A stretch of DNA of 64,000 bases from Selaginella moellendorffii (Eukaryota; Plantae; Lycopodiophyta). Below are positions 1 to 11,892 of the stretch, piece after piece. Numbering within the stretch: the first letter of the stretch is position 1; each line of letters begins with the position of its first letter. The notes under the pieces are model-generated. The model was given only the letters and a program-made list of their open reading frames with translations, had not been told where the DNA came from and made no database searches. Position numbers and translations under genes: made by a program. The stretch lies in assembly GCF_000143415.4 (NCBI RefSeq), contig NW_003314275.1, forward strand, positions 2,089,419 through 2,153,418, written 5' to 3'.

Positions 1-51
1 TCCATGTTGATTGTCGCTAAATTCTCTTCTTTTGTCCTGATATTTGCTTAG

Positions 52-600
52 AGTTGTGCTGAACCTTGTGGAGGATTCATGAAAAGCTGCACACCTCTCT
101 CGTATGAGAATTTTGTCCTCAAAGTCGAGTGCAACACAATCAAGGGTACCCCCCACACCACAGACTTTGACCTGAGAAGCTGCGGGAATGGAGTCTCCAG
201 CTGCGAAGTCCACGTTGAGCCATCGATTCCACTCGTCTGCGTCGATGCCCGCGAGGCAGCAATCGACATGAACACCTATGCCGGGAACGACGACGGATCC
301 ATCGTTTGCTGCAACAATCCCAAGATCCAGGCTTGCGGCGATTTCCTCGACACGTGCACGCCCATGGGCTACGATCAGGCCTCTGGATCGCTCGTCGCGA
401 GCTGCGAGAGGGACCACGACAAGCCGCCCAACGAAGACGCCTTCATCAATCTCAAGACTTGTACCAGGAGCGCCAGCACAAATTGCAAACTGGACCAAGG
501 TAAGCTGAGCTGCCAGGACGGGAACGGCGCGCCGATCGATCTGGGTCGCGTCGCCGGCAACCGCGAAGGAGTGCTCTTGTGCTGCGTTCTCCAAGAATAA
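52..600 (+). CDS. Cyanovirin-N-homology (CVNH-like) Cys-rich lectin, last exon (signal exon lies upstream of the window)
   Basis: Acceptor cttag ends at 51; in-frame SCAEPCGGFMKSC. Two repeats of GxFxxSC...LxaxC...IDL...GNxdGxL, as in CV-N. Paralogous to 52414-53088. Confidence 0.7.
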   Translation, partial: SCAEPCGGFMKSCTPLSYENFVLKVECNTIKGTPHTTDFDLRSCGNGVSSCEVHVEPSIPLVCVDAREAAIDMNTYAGNDDGSIVCCNNPKIQACGDFLDTCTPMGYDQASGSLVASCERDHDKPPNEDAFINLKTCTRSASTNCKLDQGKLSCQDGNGAPIDLGRVAGNREGVLLCCVLQE

Positions 601-989
601 AGGTTGAAGACACTGTCATCCACGTCAAAGAAAAATCCACACTGTCATCCACGTGTATGCGCTTCGAGCAAGTGCGAGTTGCTCCAGAGATGAGCCAACG
701 CTCGCGTGCATCCATTCGAGGATCATTCTCTCCGACACCACGAGTGGGTATGGTGTATCATAAACTGGTTAAAGTTTTTAGTAACCACTTTAATGGCCAG
801 TTTAATAGGACAAGAACCAAGAATTCCGTCACGCTCGTGGTGGGGGAAGAGGAGAGAGCATTTAGGGCAGAGCCATACATTCTGGATTACTGCGTGGTGC
901 AGTCGTTGCTGGATAAAACGAGCCGAAGCAGCGATGGTTTCGTCCCAGTTAGGTTTGTCTTCTAGGTCGGATAGCCGTTTGAGAGCTCG

Positions 990-1917
990 TCCCATGAGCG
1001 CCAAACGAGCTACGGCAAAGAAAATCAGTTCCTTTTTCGCTGAGAAGACGCGCAAGTACAATAGGGAGGAGAAGCTTGAGATTCTTAACCTCTTCCTAAA
1101 CTGTGCCGCATACTGTTCTCAAAGGTCTTGGAAATCTGCTCTCAAAACGCAAATTAAGCTTGCCAACAAAATAAAGGAGTTCAATCAAGAGATAAGCTTA
1201 ATTTTGCTGGGCAAAAAAGAGTTAAAATGACGCTGCAAGGCAGGGAAGGCCTGAAGCAATGGTAGGCTCGGACGCATGGGTTGACACAGCTCGGAAGAAA
1301 TATCAGACAGTGGTTGATGACCGTATTAAGGAAATTGTCGTTGCATTCTGGACTGAGCGCACGCGAGTCTCCCCGAATTCCAAGGATGTGAAGTCTTATA
1401 GAATCAACAGCTTGGAATATGAAGAACATGCAACTCATTACTTGGAATGCACTCAGGTATCCTCTTTCCTTTTGTCTTGATTCTACTTTAGCAGGTTTTT
1501 GTTGGAAGTTCTAGGGGTTCTACTTCTAACAGGTTTTTGTTGAAGTTTTGTCACCTGATATTCAGATAGGCTTAACGAAGTTCGAGAACTTGAAGCCGTA
1601 CTTTGTTACGCCAATGACACAATACAACGTTTGCTGCTGTCAATATCACATGTGAATGGAGTTTTTGTGCCAAGGCTTGGTGAAGATGAGAAGTAGCAAA
1701 GGAGGTGTGCACACCAATTGGACTTCTAAATGCCTGGTTTGTGGAGATTGGCGACCAGTGTGAAGTGGAAACCTGAACACCAAAGAACTTGCATGAGTTA
1801 TGAAGGAATGCAGTTTGTGCAGTTGAAGAACCAATCAAGTGGCATTTGCAAGATTGTATTGAAGGACTATGTAGCAGCTGTAAAGTAGAGAAGTTTCCTA
1901 TTTGTGCTTGGGGGGTT
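990..1917 (+). pseudogene. 5' part of a decayed Sola2-like DNA transposase, interrupted by the MULE
   Basis: FWTERTRVSPNSKDV...HYLECTQ, intron, then IGLTKFENLKPYFV...NVCCCQYH and C...WH..DCIEGLCSSC, resembling Sola2-type transposase N-terminal motifs. Stops and frameshifts present. Confidence 0.5.
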
Positions 1918-1978
1918 GAGCGTGGACCATACTTGAGCTCACGAGCTGAAGAGTTGAGCTCACGAGTTGAGCTCAATT
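1918..1978 (+). repeat. Left terminal inverted repeat of the MULE
   Basis: Starts GAG; contains repeated TTGAGCTCA palindromic units; imperfect inverted match to 17125-17169. Confidence 0.8.
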
Positions 1979-2551
1979 TTCAATTGTAATTTAGTACAAA
2001 CATTATAAACTTTAAAATTTTAAAGTTATGGCGAACTTAATAATTTCATAACTCTCTATATATTATATAGATAAAAATGTACTTCTTGTTCTAATAATTT
2101 AAATATTTACTACATGCAATAATAGAGATGTTTGTTAGAATATAAAATAAAATGTTTGCAAAAAGAGTATTCTTGTCACTTCTTTAAATTTGTACTCTGT
2201 GCTTTCTAGCTAGTAAATGTCAGGTTCATTAGAAATTTTAAATTATTAAATTTGAATTAAGATTCTATATAAGGCCATATAACCATTTGAAAGGAAAAAA
2301 AAACAACTGTGATGGTACATATGCTCTCACAATACATTGTAACATCATACACCCGAAAGACTATCACGAAATATTTTTTGAGAAGGTAAAGACAAAAATG
2401 GAGACTCACAAATACTATGGGTAGTATTGCGAAAAGAACCTCACAAGTATATGAAATGAAAAGTGAAATAATAAAATATTTTTATTAATTATATAAGGTA
2501 TAATTAGTTTATATTATTGATAGAGAATAAACATCGATAGTGTTGGAAAAT

Positions 2552-5500
2552 CTAATTAGCTCCAAAAGTTTTCTGCAACTCGGCAATAGTAAAGCTTGCT
2601 TGGTGTATATGAATATCCACTTTAGGATCTTGGTGCAAGATGTTGATGAAGATGTAGTACATATGCTTGCAAGGAGCATATGCCTTCCCATGTTCCTCGC
2701 ACTTCGTAAAGTCTGGACTTGTGCAAGAAGGAAAGTCTTGAATAGCAATTGTGTACTCTCCACCTTCTGTTTTGACTGTGTACTCCTTTGCGAGCGCAGT
2801 GATGTACTTCGTGGAGAGAATCTCACACTCAAGTGTTTGAGCCAAGTTTATTTTACCTTGCTTCTGCTTGGAGATGGTACCAATAAATTTAATTGCCTTA
2901 CCTTTTCGTGTTGGCCTCCTGTGCATCTCTGTAGAAATAGTCTTGGTTCTGTCACTCATATCTCCAACTCTCCTCTCAAGATTGAAACCAGATTTCTCAA
3001 GGTTTTCAATCTCATCCGAAGTGAGCGCAACCCTATTAGCAACCGGCCATTCTTTAGGTACTGCATCAGGTTTAGTCACTATAGTGTCTTCAAGCCGCTT
3101 TGTATAGTTGACATTAGAGTTGCAGCAATATAACCAACACCATCTTGAAAATCCTGCTTGCTTTCGTTCCCCATGGAAACATGGGGTTGGAACAGAAGCA
3201 GATTTATCACCACGGATCCAAGCCCAACACTTGCCCCTTGGAAGCATCCCCACATACCTTACATTTGATTTCGCTGGCACTCGACGGATTGCCCATTGCT
3301 TCGGCTCCACACTACGATAAGCAATTTCAACCTGCTGTGATGCACTTTCTTCATCAGCCACTTGAGGTGGTTCGGTTCTGGGGCGATGTCTTGGAGCAGA
3401 ATGATACTTAACATCAGGCCTGTGAGAGCTTTTTGCTCCAAGATCTGTGCCAACATCTTCACCAGCAAAGGAAAATCGACGCTTTGAGCGGACGGTTTTC
3501 ATATCACCAATAGAAGCCCGAGGAGTGTACTCCATAGATGTGCCGCAGACCACTTCCTCCACTGCAGTTGCCATTGTTCGTGCTGGTGGAGTCACTTTCT
3601 TCTTCATCCGATCGTGTAACATCTCAACCGAAGGTCCTGTTCCCATGTATCTTCCTTCCTCAAATGCCAAGGCTTTTGAAGACTACTCTACAGCGCGTAT
3701 CAAATCTGATAGACATGCTTCATATAGACTCATCTTCCCTTTCCCTGCCTCAGAGGAACGCCAGCTCCAATGTTTACTCTCTGAGAGATTCACAGTTGGG
3801 GTGTATGCAAGATCCTCAAGTGGTTGATCCTTATAAAAAGATGATATTAAAAAGCAATAAAAAGAGAGGAAAAAAGGAAAAACCAACCTAAAAAGAGTGA
3901 TGTCCCCATTGGAACATTCTAACTTCCCACCACCCTAACCATGACTCAAGTTGTGGTAGACAACTTACGTCAGTATGGCCATCTTCACGCCACCACATTC
4001 GGATCTCGTTTGCTTTTGCCTCATGCTCCTCTTCAGAAGGTGCAGCCTGCCATTGTTTGCACAACTCCTTAAATGCTAATTGGAAATCTAGCTTGATAAG
4101 GTGGCAGTGTTGGTTTAGGCTCTGAGCCCAATGGAACTCACATGTCTTCTCACGACCGTCTAGGGGTAGACCATTCCCAAAGACTGCCCGGACACCATTC
4201 CAATTAGCCCCAGGCCCATCTGCCATGAAACCGCGAAAGTTGGCAGGCTTACCAGTCCGCTTCAATACAATGTCGGAGAGGGACTTCCAAAATATTTCTT
4301 GAGCCATCTAGTCTTGTACTTTAAACTCTGCCGTTGCAATTGTCAAGTTACAACGTAGTATGTGAAAAGTGCAATGTTTAAAACCATTTTAAGATAATGA
4401 GAAAAAAAACTACCTTGGATCATACACATGAGCTCCCATGGTTGTTTAACCTGCCACCCGCTCCATATGGTCAAAATGTACCCATGCATTAGCAAGGTCA
4501 CTCAACCCAAACATATCCATTCGGGAAACAAGATCCACACCAGAGGTAGGGCCTATAGTAGATATTTTGAAAATGAAGAGGTGCTCTTGCTCACTAACGA
4601 CTTGATCTGGAAATAAACTTCCATGGATAAACTCATAGGGACAAGTCCGTTTTAGTTCAAGGATTGAGTCGATTTTTTATTGGAGTTTCCCCTCTCGAGA
4701 TTCATACATCCAAGACTTTATCCTAAATAAAACAAAATGTAAGAGAGATATTATTGAAAAGTATGTAATAATATTTTCATACCTCCTAAGGCTAGTTGCA
4801 GGTTGCACATGTCGTAGTAACTCCTGCAAGCTAGCCTCATCCAGTTGAGTATTCTTGTAGTCCGGATCAAGTAAAGTATTTGTGATAAAATCCTTGAGCA
4901 CTGTCTTCTGAACATGCTTCGGAGTTGTAGATGAGTTTCTCACAGTCTCTATCTACACTGCATCTTTGAAATGGTTGACTGAACTCCTTTGTATCCCTTC
5001 CTGCATTGGATGTGTGTGTGTGCTAATATGTATTGTAGCTCTACCAACCTCTCCATCCCGTGGAAGAAAATAGTACATCTTGGCCCCGCAGATGGCATGA
5101 CACAAAGGAGCATTCTTGCAAAACCGACACTTGAATCCAACACCAATGGTGTCACAGAGGGGAGGATTGGTTGCAGATCCTTCAAAAAATATGGAGTTTT
5201 TACCACGCTCTTGATTGCATGCTTTATTCACACAATCCAAATACCCACCACCATAAACCATGGACACTATGCCTTCGAAATGCTGGAAATGTGTGGTCTT
5301 GATCTTGCACCAGTTGTGGACATCCTGCTTCATCTCCATCCCCTTTCGTTTTGAGCTGACAAGAGGTGGTAGTTCAAAGAAGATATTGCCATTGTATGTA
5401 GATGGGAGCTCGCTAACAGGCCTATGCAGAAAGGAACGAACATTGATAAAGAGGCGGGAAAACTGGAAAGCGTTGCAAACAGCTTGGAATATCAGTGAAG

Positions 5501-5876
5501 TTGAAGTTTGGAAATTCTTGGCTCGCACTGGACTAACATCTCCACTAGAACTAGAAGAGGAAGAAATGATGACGACCGACTCTTGCTTCACATTCACTTT
5601 AGCAAGATCACAGCCTCGCACTTTGATTGGAGATCCAAAAACTCGAATCTCTTTCGACTTGGAATGTTGCAAATCCCAATGTTGTCCACCTTCACCTACA
5701 CCCGAAAGAAGAAACTCCGATCGTTCAACTACACCAATGTTGTTGTGAATCACAGCTTCCAATGAAATAGAACCAAGAGAAAGATCGAAACGTCGGCAAA
5801 GAAAACTTTCTGAAATAAGACTCTGGGAGATAGAAAGCGGTGGGTGATCTTGGTAATGCAAAAGAAAGCCCTCCAT
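2552..5876 (-). pseudogene. MULE transposase (GCM/WRKY-like DNA-binding domain, DDE core, SWIM finger), multi-exon, with in-frame stops
   Basis: N-terminal C..C..CxxC..C..HxHP (GCM1/WRKY-like). DDE residues in VHFDH, FMADG (with CEFHW) and NLSES. C-terminal CTSPDF...PCKH SWIM motif. Premature stops at 4953-4955, 4677-4679 and others. Confidence 0.85.
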
Positions 5877-6719
5877 TTTGTTGCCTTTAGGTTTTGGAAC
5901 TCTGAACTTTTATAACGAAATGTCACCTCACATATGCTATGCCATTATGTGAAAAGATAGGGCGATTTTATTCTAGGATCTAACATCGAATAATGTTGTT
6001 ATAATAAATTCTGTATGAAGTATATAGGACTATGTTGTACAATATTAAAAGTCTATATACATTGAATTCAAAAACATACTCAAATTTATTATATGCACTA
6101 ACTTTTGGTAAAACGGAAAGAAATATCACCTCAAGCATGTGCCATAATATGAAAGATAGGAATGATTTTATTCTAGGATCTACCATCAACCAATTGTTGC
6201 CAAATAAATTAAATATTGTACATATTTTCAGTACTTCATTAAAGCTCGAAATCATCACATTCTTCTGAACTCATTTAAATATATTCCATCTTTGTACTAC
6301 CATCTATCACCTATAGTAAATTATCTATATACATTGCTTTGGAAATAACACCTTACGATTTAATAATCTTATATTTTCTAACAATTTCGTATTGTGATCA
6401 ATTCAACACATGCGTCTGTGAAATTATGACATAGTCATATTAGAGCACACCTCCATTATTAAATTACAATTCAAAAGGACTTTGTCACATGATCAAATCT
6501 AAGGCGGAATAGAAATTGTACAGTGCTAGATTTATTATTTATTGTACAGTGAAGATTTACTGCATCCATGATGAACAGCTATGATGAAAGTTAGGTTAGG
6601 GTTAGGGCAGCCGCCGGCATTAGGGTTTTATGGAAAGTATCGCGGGAGATTGGGAGTGACTGCAGGAACAGAATGCCGCCAAGAGTAAGTTTTTTCTCCT
6701 CCTCCACTCCCTCTCCTCC

Positions 6720-7500
6720 ACTCCCTCTCCTCCCTGCCCAGCGCCGCCGCGCCCAGCGCCCCCACGCCCAGCGCCCCCGCACCGCTACGCTGCGCACACC
6801 ACGCCATGCTCAACACCGCCACTGCCCAGGGGTGCCGAGCGCTGCCCACTGCCATGCCACGCCCAGCGCAGCGCTGCCTGCCCAGCACTGCCACTGCCAT
6901 GCCGCTGCTGCCGTGCCACCGCTGCCCAGCATTGCCACTGCCATGCTGCCGCTGCCCAGCACCGCCACTGCCATGCCGCCGCTGCCCAACACCGCCACTG
7001 CCATGCCGCCGCTGCCCAGCACCGCCACTGCCATGCCGCCGCTGCCCAGCATCGCCCACGGCACACCACGCCACGCCAGCACCGCGCTGCCTAGGGCCAC
7101 TGCTGCCCAGCACCGCCGCTGCCAAGTGCCCAGGCCAGGCATTTGGCTGGGCACTCCGCCTGGGCCGGCCAAGGCGCTTGGCTGGCAAAGGCGCCAAGTG
7201 CTTGTGCCAAATGCCCACGCTGGGCATTTGGCGCGAGCCAGCTAAGTCCAAGAGCCAAGGCCGGCTCGCCGGCGGTTGGCCTTGGCGCTTGGTGTGGGCG
7301 CCAGTCCGCCTCCAAGTGCCAAGGCCGGCTCGAGCCAAATGCCCGGGCCCGGCACTTGGTGCGCACCGGCCTTGGCACTTGGAGGAGGGCCGGTTCGCCA
7401 GCGAACCGGCCCGCCTCCAAGCGCCAAGGCAAGGTTCTCGGGCGGTTGGCCTTGGCGCGGGCCGGCCAAGGTGCTTGGGGGAGGCCTGCGCCGAGCCCAC
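6720..7500. repeat. Very GC-rich repeat array in intron 1 of the MTase gene
   Basis: ~30-bp unit GCCACTGCCATGCCGCCGCTGCCCAGCACC repeated ~5 times (6890-7050). Then GCCAAG/CTTGGC motifs in both orientations and a 62-bp near-perfect palindrome at 7369-7430. Confidence 0.85.
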
Positions 7501-8211
7501 GCCCTGTTCCCCTCTTCTTATACATTTATAATTTATAATGAGTTTTTTTTATTTTCAGAAACGGAAGCAACTACAAAAGGAGAGGGATGTTAGATCAAAG
7601 AGAAGACATGAGGAAGATGAGATCCAGGACGACAATCAAATTGACCTTCAGATAGAGATTTCCACAGCGACAACTCTACCGTCTTCCCAACCACATAGCT
7701 CCAGTCCACATGCACCCCCACCACCGCCATCGATGCCACCACCACCATTACCACCGCCACCACCGACACCACCATTACCACCACCGCCACCTTTACCTTC
7801 ATCACCACCATTACCACCACCGTCATCACCACCATTACCACCACCACCGCCACCATCATCACTACCATTGCTGCCACAACCACAAATGCCACTACTCTTA
7901 ACATATTCACAAAATATGGCAGAAACGGAGCAGTGCCCAAGTGCGCCTGATGGCGGTGTTGGGCCCGAGTCGGGGGCTAGATCTGATAATGGTGCTACTG
8001 GAGGTGTAACTGAAGCTGAAAGAGAAGTGGAGCTACCTGAACACATTGTCGACAAGTGCTTCCAAGAGACAATTTTGAGAACTAAAGAGAAGGCCATTCA
8101 CACGACTCTGGAGTCTCTCAAGTGGGAAGGCCCGGGGCACATGATCCGAGAAATCCCACTATGTCGATTCACTCAGACAAGCATCGTTCGGTCTGCTTCA
8201 CCGCACTTCGT

Positions 8212-9751
8212 TGTAAGCAACTAAATTTTTCATTCTACTTTAGTCACTTAACCACACCTCCGACCACTTGGAGGAGTCTCATTCACAACCTCCATAAGTC
8301 CAATTCAGGACTTGGGACTTGCTAGCCCTGAGAATGGCATCCATGCCACTCAACATTTGCACTTGGTCTCAGTGCTCCACGTGTCCGATCCCATGACCGA
8401 CACCCCAAGGTACCATCGACATGGCAGCTTGTTACGCTAAGGCCATGCCCAATCACCTTTGCCACACTGGTAGTCCAATACCACTTGCATCACAGTCTTG
8501 GCTCTCCAAGATTAGGCAAACCATCCGTGAGTGGTCATCTCAGATTCATTCCTTAGCATCCTTAGGATGCCACCGACAAGGGGAATAGCCTTCCCTAATA
8601 TCCCTCTGTCAGTCCCCATTAAGTCCCTTTCTGCCCTTGGCCGTGTTTGCCAACACTGCCACTGGATCGAGGCCCACAGGCCTGACCACTAAGTCCCACG
8701 GTCCTCTGGGACTTCCTCACCACACGACTGTGTCCTTGGTCATTGCCCCAGAGGACTCCTCCTCTTCCTTTCCACAGTCTGGGCCTTTGGGACAACATTT
8801 CGGAACACCATGGCCTTACGCGAGCCACTTGGGTACTCTCCCTGCCTTCCACCCTTGGGTGCTCTAGCCATGGGCTTAGAGCGAGGTTCCGTTGAGCCAC
8901 GCCTGGTATCCAAATAGGTAGTGCCACCCACACTTAGACTGGGAGTATCGGCCAGTCGATCTCCCGGGGGAACTAGAGCTGGCTCTTGAACACTTCACCA
9001 AGCTACCCAGCTTGTCGGTCCATGTTCACTCTAGTCTTGGACTTCCCAGTGGTCAGCTCATCACCCAACACTGGGTCTGGCCTGCCTGGGCCAAACTAGC
9101 CTTTCCTGGCCAAACTGGCTCCATTGGGCTCCAACCCCCACACTCTCCCTACTATAGTTTTGGAACCCCCCCCCCTGGGGGACGATCGCTTTGGGCTTTC
9201 ACCCAACTGCCTGTATTAGTATTCGGACTCGGACTCGGGCTCGAACTCGGACTCGGACTCGGTCTCGGTCTCGGTTTCGGACTCGGACTCGGTCTCGGTC
9301 TCGGTCTCGGCCTCGGTCTCGGTTCCATCTCGGACTCCATCTCGGACTCCATCTCGGGTCCATCTCGGACTCCATCTCGGGTCCATCTCGGACTCCATCT
9401 CGGGTCCATCTCGGACTCCGTCTTGGTCCATTTTGGACTCCATCTCGGACTCCATCTCGGACTCCGTCTTGGTCCATTTCGAACTCCTTCTCGGACTCCA
9501 TCTCGGACTCCATCTTGGACACTTCCACGTGTCATGTGTTGGTCCTTTCGGGTCCCTTTTTAGAGCCTCGCTTATGGCTCGCTTCGTGCTCATTCCTTGA
9601 GCACCTTGTTGGGAGTTCCACTCCCGCTCTCGACCTTTCAAGTCGGAGCTTTTAGTCCAAACGTGTTACGCTCGTTTGGCTTTCGCTTCGGCCACTACCA
9701 CATGGCACCCTTCTGGCTCCACTTTGGGGCCTAGGGATTTTGTGTCTCACA
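8212..9751. mobile_element. Solo LTR (1540 bp) inserted in exon 2 of the ParB-MTase gene
   Basis: TGTAAG...CTCACA termini, 5-bp TSD TTCGT (8207-8211 / 9752-9756). Removal restores ...SPHFV|NMDIY... Internal CTCGGA / CTCGGACTCCAT minisatellite. Confidence 0.9.
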
Positions 9752-10150
9752 TTCGTCAACATGGACATCTATAGTCTGTACAAACAGAATGGCCTTGGGA
9801 CAAACATAGGTATGTTCCTTGTTTTGGTTTTCAAGCCAGGAACGACAAATACCCTCTCGGTGTCACCGGAAATCGAGAGGGATTGGGATGACATTTGGAA
9901 AATGAAGTCCCGCGAATTTGACAACAAGCTTATGAGCCATCCTGAGACTCAACAATTTGTGGGGAAAATGTTCTACATTATCGACGGGAATCATCGCTAG
10001 TGCGCGTGGATGAAGTGCATCCGAGAATGCTTCCGAGACGATCCTGTCTATCACATCAATGTTCCGGTTGGACATGTACATGCGAGAGGATCTCTAGATG
10101 TGGCAAGGCTTGTGATAGCTTGCCACAAAATTAATGCGTAAGTACCTCTC

Positions 10151-11892
10151 TGTAAGCGACTAAATTTTCCATTCTACTTTAGTCACTTAACCACACCTCC
10201 GACCATTTGGAGGAGTCTCATTCACAACCTCCATAAGTCCAACTCAGGACTTGGGGGCTTGCTAGCCCCGAGAATGGCATCCATGCCACTCAACCTTAGC
10301 ACTTGGTCCAAGTGCTCCACGTGTCCGATCCCATGATCGACACCCCAAGGTACCACCAACGTATCGGCCCGTTACGCTAAGGCCATGCCCAATTACCTTG
10401 GTCACACTGGTGGTCCCACACCACCTGCATTCCAATCCCGTCTCTCAAAGACTGGGTCATCCGTCCATGAGGGATCGTCCCAGATCCACTCCTTAACATC
10501 CTTAGGATGCCTACAGACATGGGGAATAGCCTTCCCCAATATCTCTGTTCCGGTCCCCACCAAGTCCCTTTCTGTCCTTGGCTGTGTTCGCCAACACTGC
10601 CACTGGATCAAGGCCCACCGGCCCGACCACTAAGTCCCACTATCCTCTAGGACTTCCTCACTGTGTGATTGTGTCCTTGGTCACCACACCGGAGGGCTAC
10701 CCCTCTTCCTTTCCACCGTCTGGGACTTTGGGACACCATTTCGGAACACCGTGGCCTTACGCGAGCCACCTGGGTACTCTCCCCACCTTTCGCCTTTAGG
10801 TGCTCTAGCCATGGGCTTAGAGCGAGGTTCCGTTGAGCCACGACAGGTATCCAAGTAGGTAGTGCCACCCACACTTGGACTGGGAGCATTGGCCAGTCGA
10901 TCTCCCGGGGGAACTAGAGCCGGCTCTTGAACACTTCACCAAGCTACCCCGCTTGTCGGTCCGTGTTCACTCTAGTCTTGGACTTCCCAGTGGGCAGCTC
11001 ATCAGCCTTTCCTGGCCAAACTGGCTCCACTGCAGTCCTCCCCCTACTATACTTTTGGAGCTCACCAAACCCCCCAGGGTCTGGGAGACGAACGCTTTGG
11101 GCTTTCACCCTCTCAGGCTTCGAACTCGGACTCGGACTCGGACTCGGACTCGGACTCTGACTCGGACTCGGACTCGGACTCGGACTCGGATTCGGACTCG
11201 GACTCAGCCTCGGCCTCGGCCTCGGTCTCAGTCTCGGTCCCGATCTCGGTCTCGGTCTCGGTCCCGGTCTCGGTCTTGGTCCCGGTCTCGACTTCGGACT
11301 CCATCTCGGGTCCATCTCAGACTCCATCTCGGACTCCATCTCGGGTCCATCTCGGACTCCATTTCGGACTCCATCTCGGGTCCATCTCGGGTCCATCTTG
11401 GACTCCATCTCGGACTCCACTTCGGACTCCATATCGGACTCCACTTCGGGTCCATCTCGGACTCCACTTCGGGTCCATCTCGGACTCCAACTCGGGTCCG
11501 CCTCGGACTCCATCTCGGACTCCATCTCGGGTCCATCTCGGACTCCATCTCGGACTCCACTTCGGACTCCATATCGGACTCCACTTCGGGTCCATCTCGG
11601 ACTCCACTTCGGGTCCATCTCGGACTCCAACTCGGGTCCGCCTCGGACTCCATCTCGGACACTTCCATGTGTCATGTGTTGGTCCTTTTTGGGTCCCTTT
11701 TTGAAGCCTCGCTTATTGCTCTCTTTGTGCTTGTTCCTCGAGCACTTCGTTAGGAGTTCCACTCCCGCTCTCGACCTTTCAAGTCGGAGCTTTTAGTCCA
11801 AACGTGTTACGCTCGTTTGGTTTTTTCTTCGGTCACTACCACGTGGCACCCTTCTAGCTCCACTTTGGGGCCTAGGGATTTTGTGTCTCACA
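10151..11892. mobile_element. Solo LTR (1742 bp), same family, inserted in an intron
   Basis: TGTAAG...CTCACA termini, TSD CTCTC (10146-10150 / 11893-11897). Sits between donor GT at 10138 and acceptor AG at 11932-11933. Longer minisatellite than the first copy. Confidence 0.9.

Noticed and set aside
6591-6607. Interstitial telomere or chromosome-healing site
   Set aside because: Only ~3 units; more simply telo-box-like promoter sequence.
6628-7593. Several overlapping long ORFs
   Set aside because: Products of a GC-rich repeat; splice signals (GT 6685, AG 7557-7558) define it as an intron.
9220-11660. CRISPR-like array or RS/ES-rich proteins in the CTCGGA repeats
   Set aside because: Simple minisatellites without unique spacers; the ORFs are stop-free artefacts inside LTRs.
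8212-11892. One full LTR retrotransposon/TRIM with two LTRs
   Set aside because: Each repeat has its own TSD, and the spacer is host exon with no PBS or PPT.
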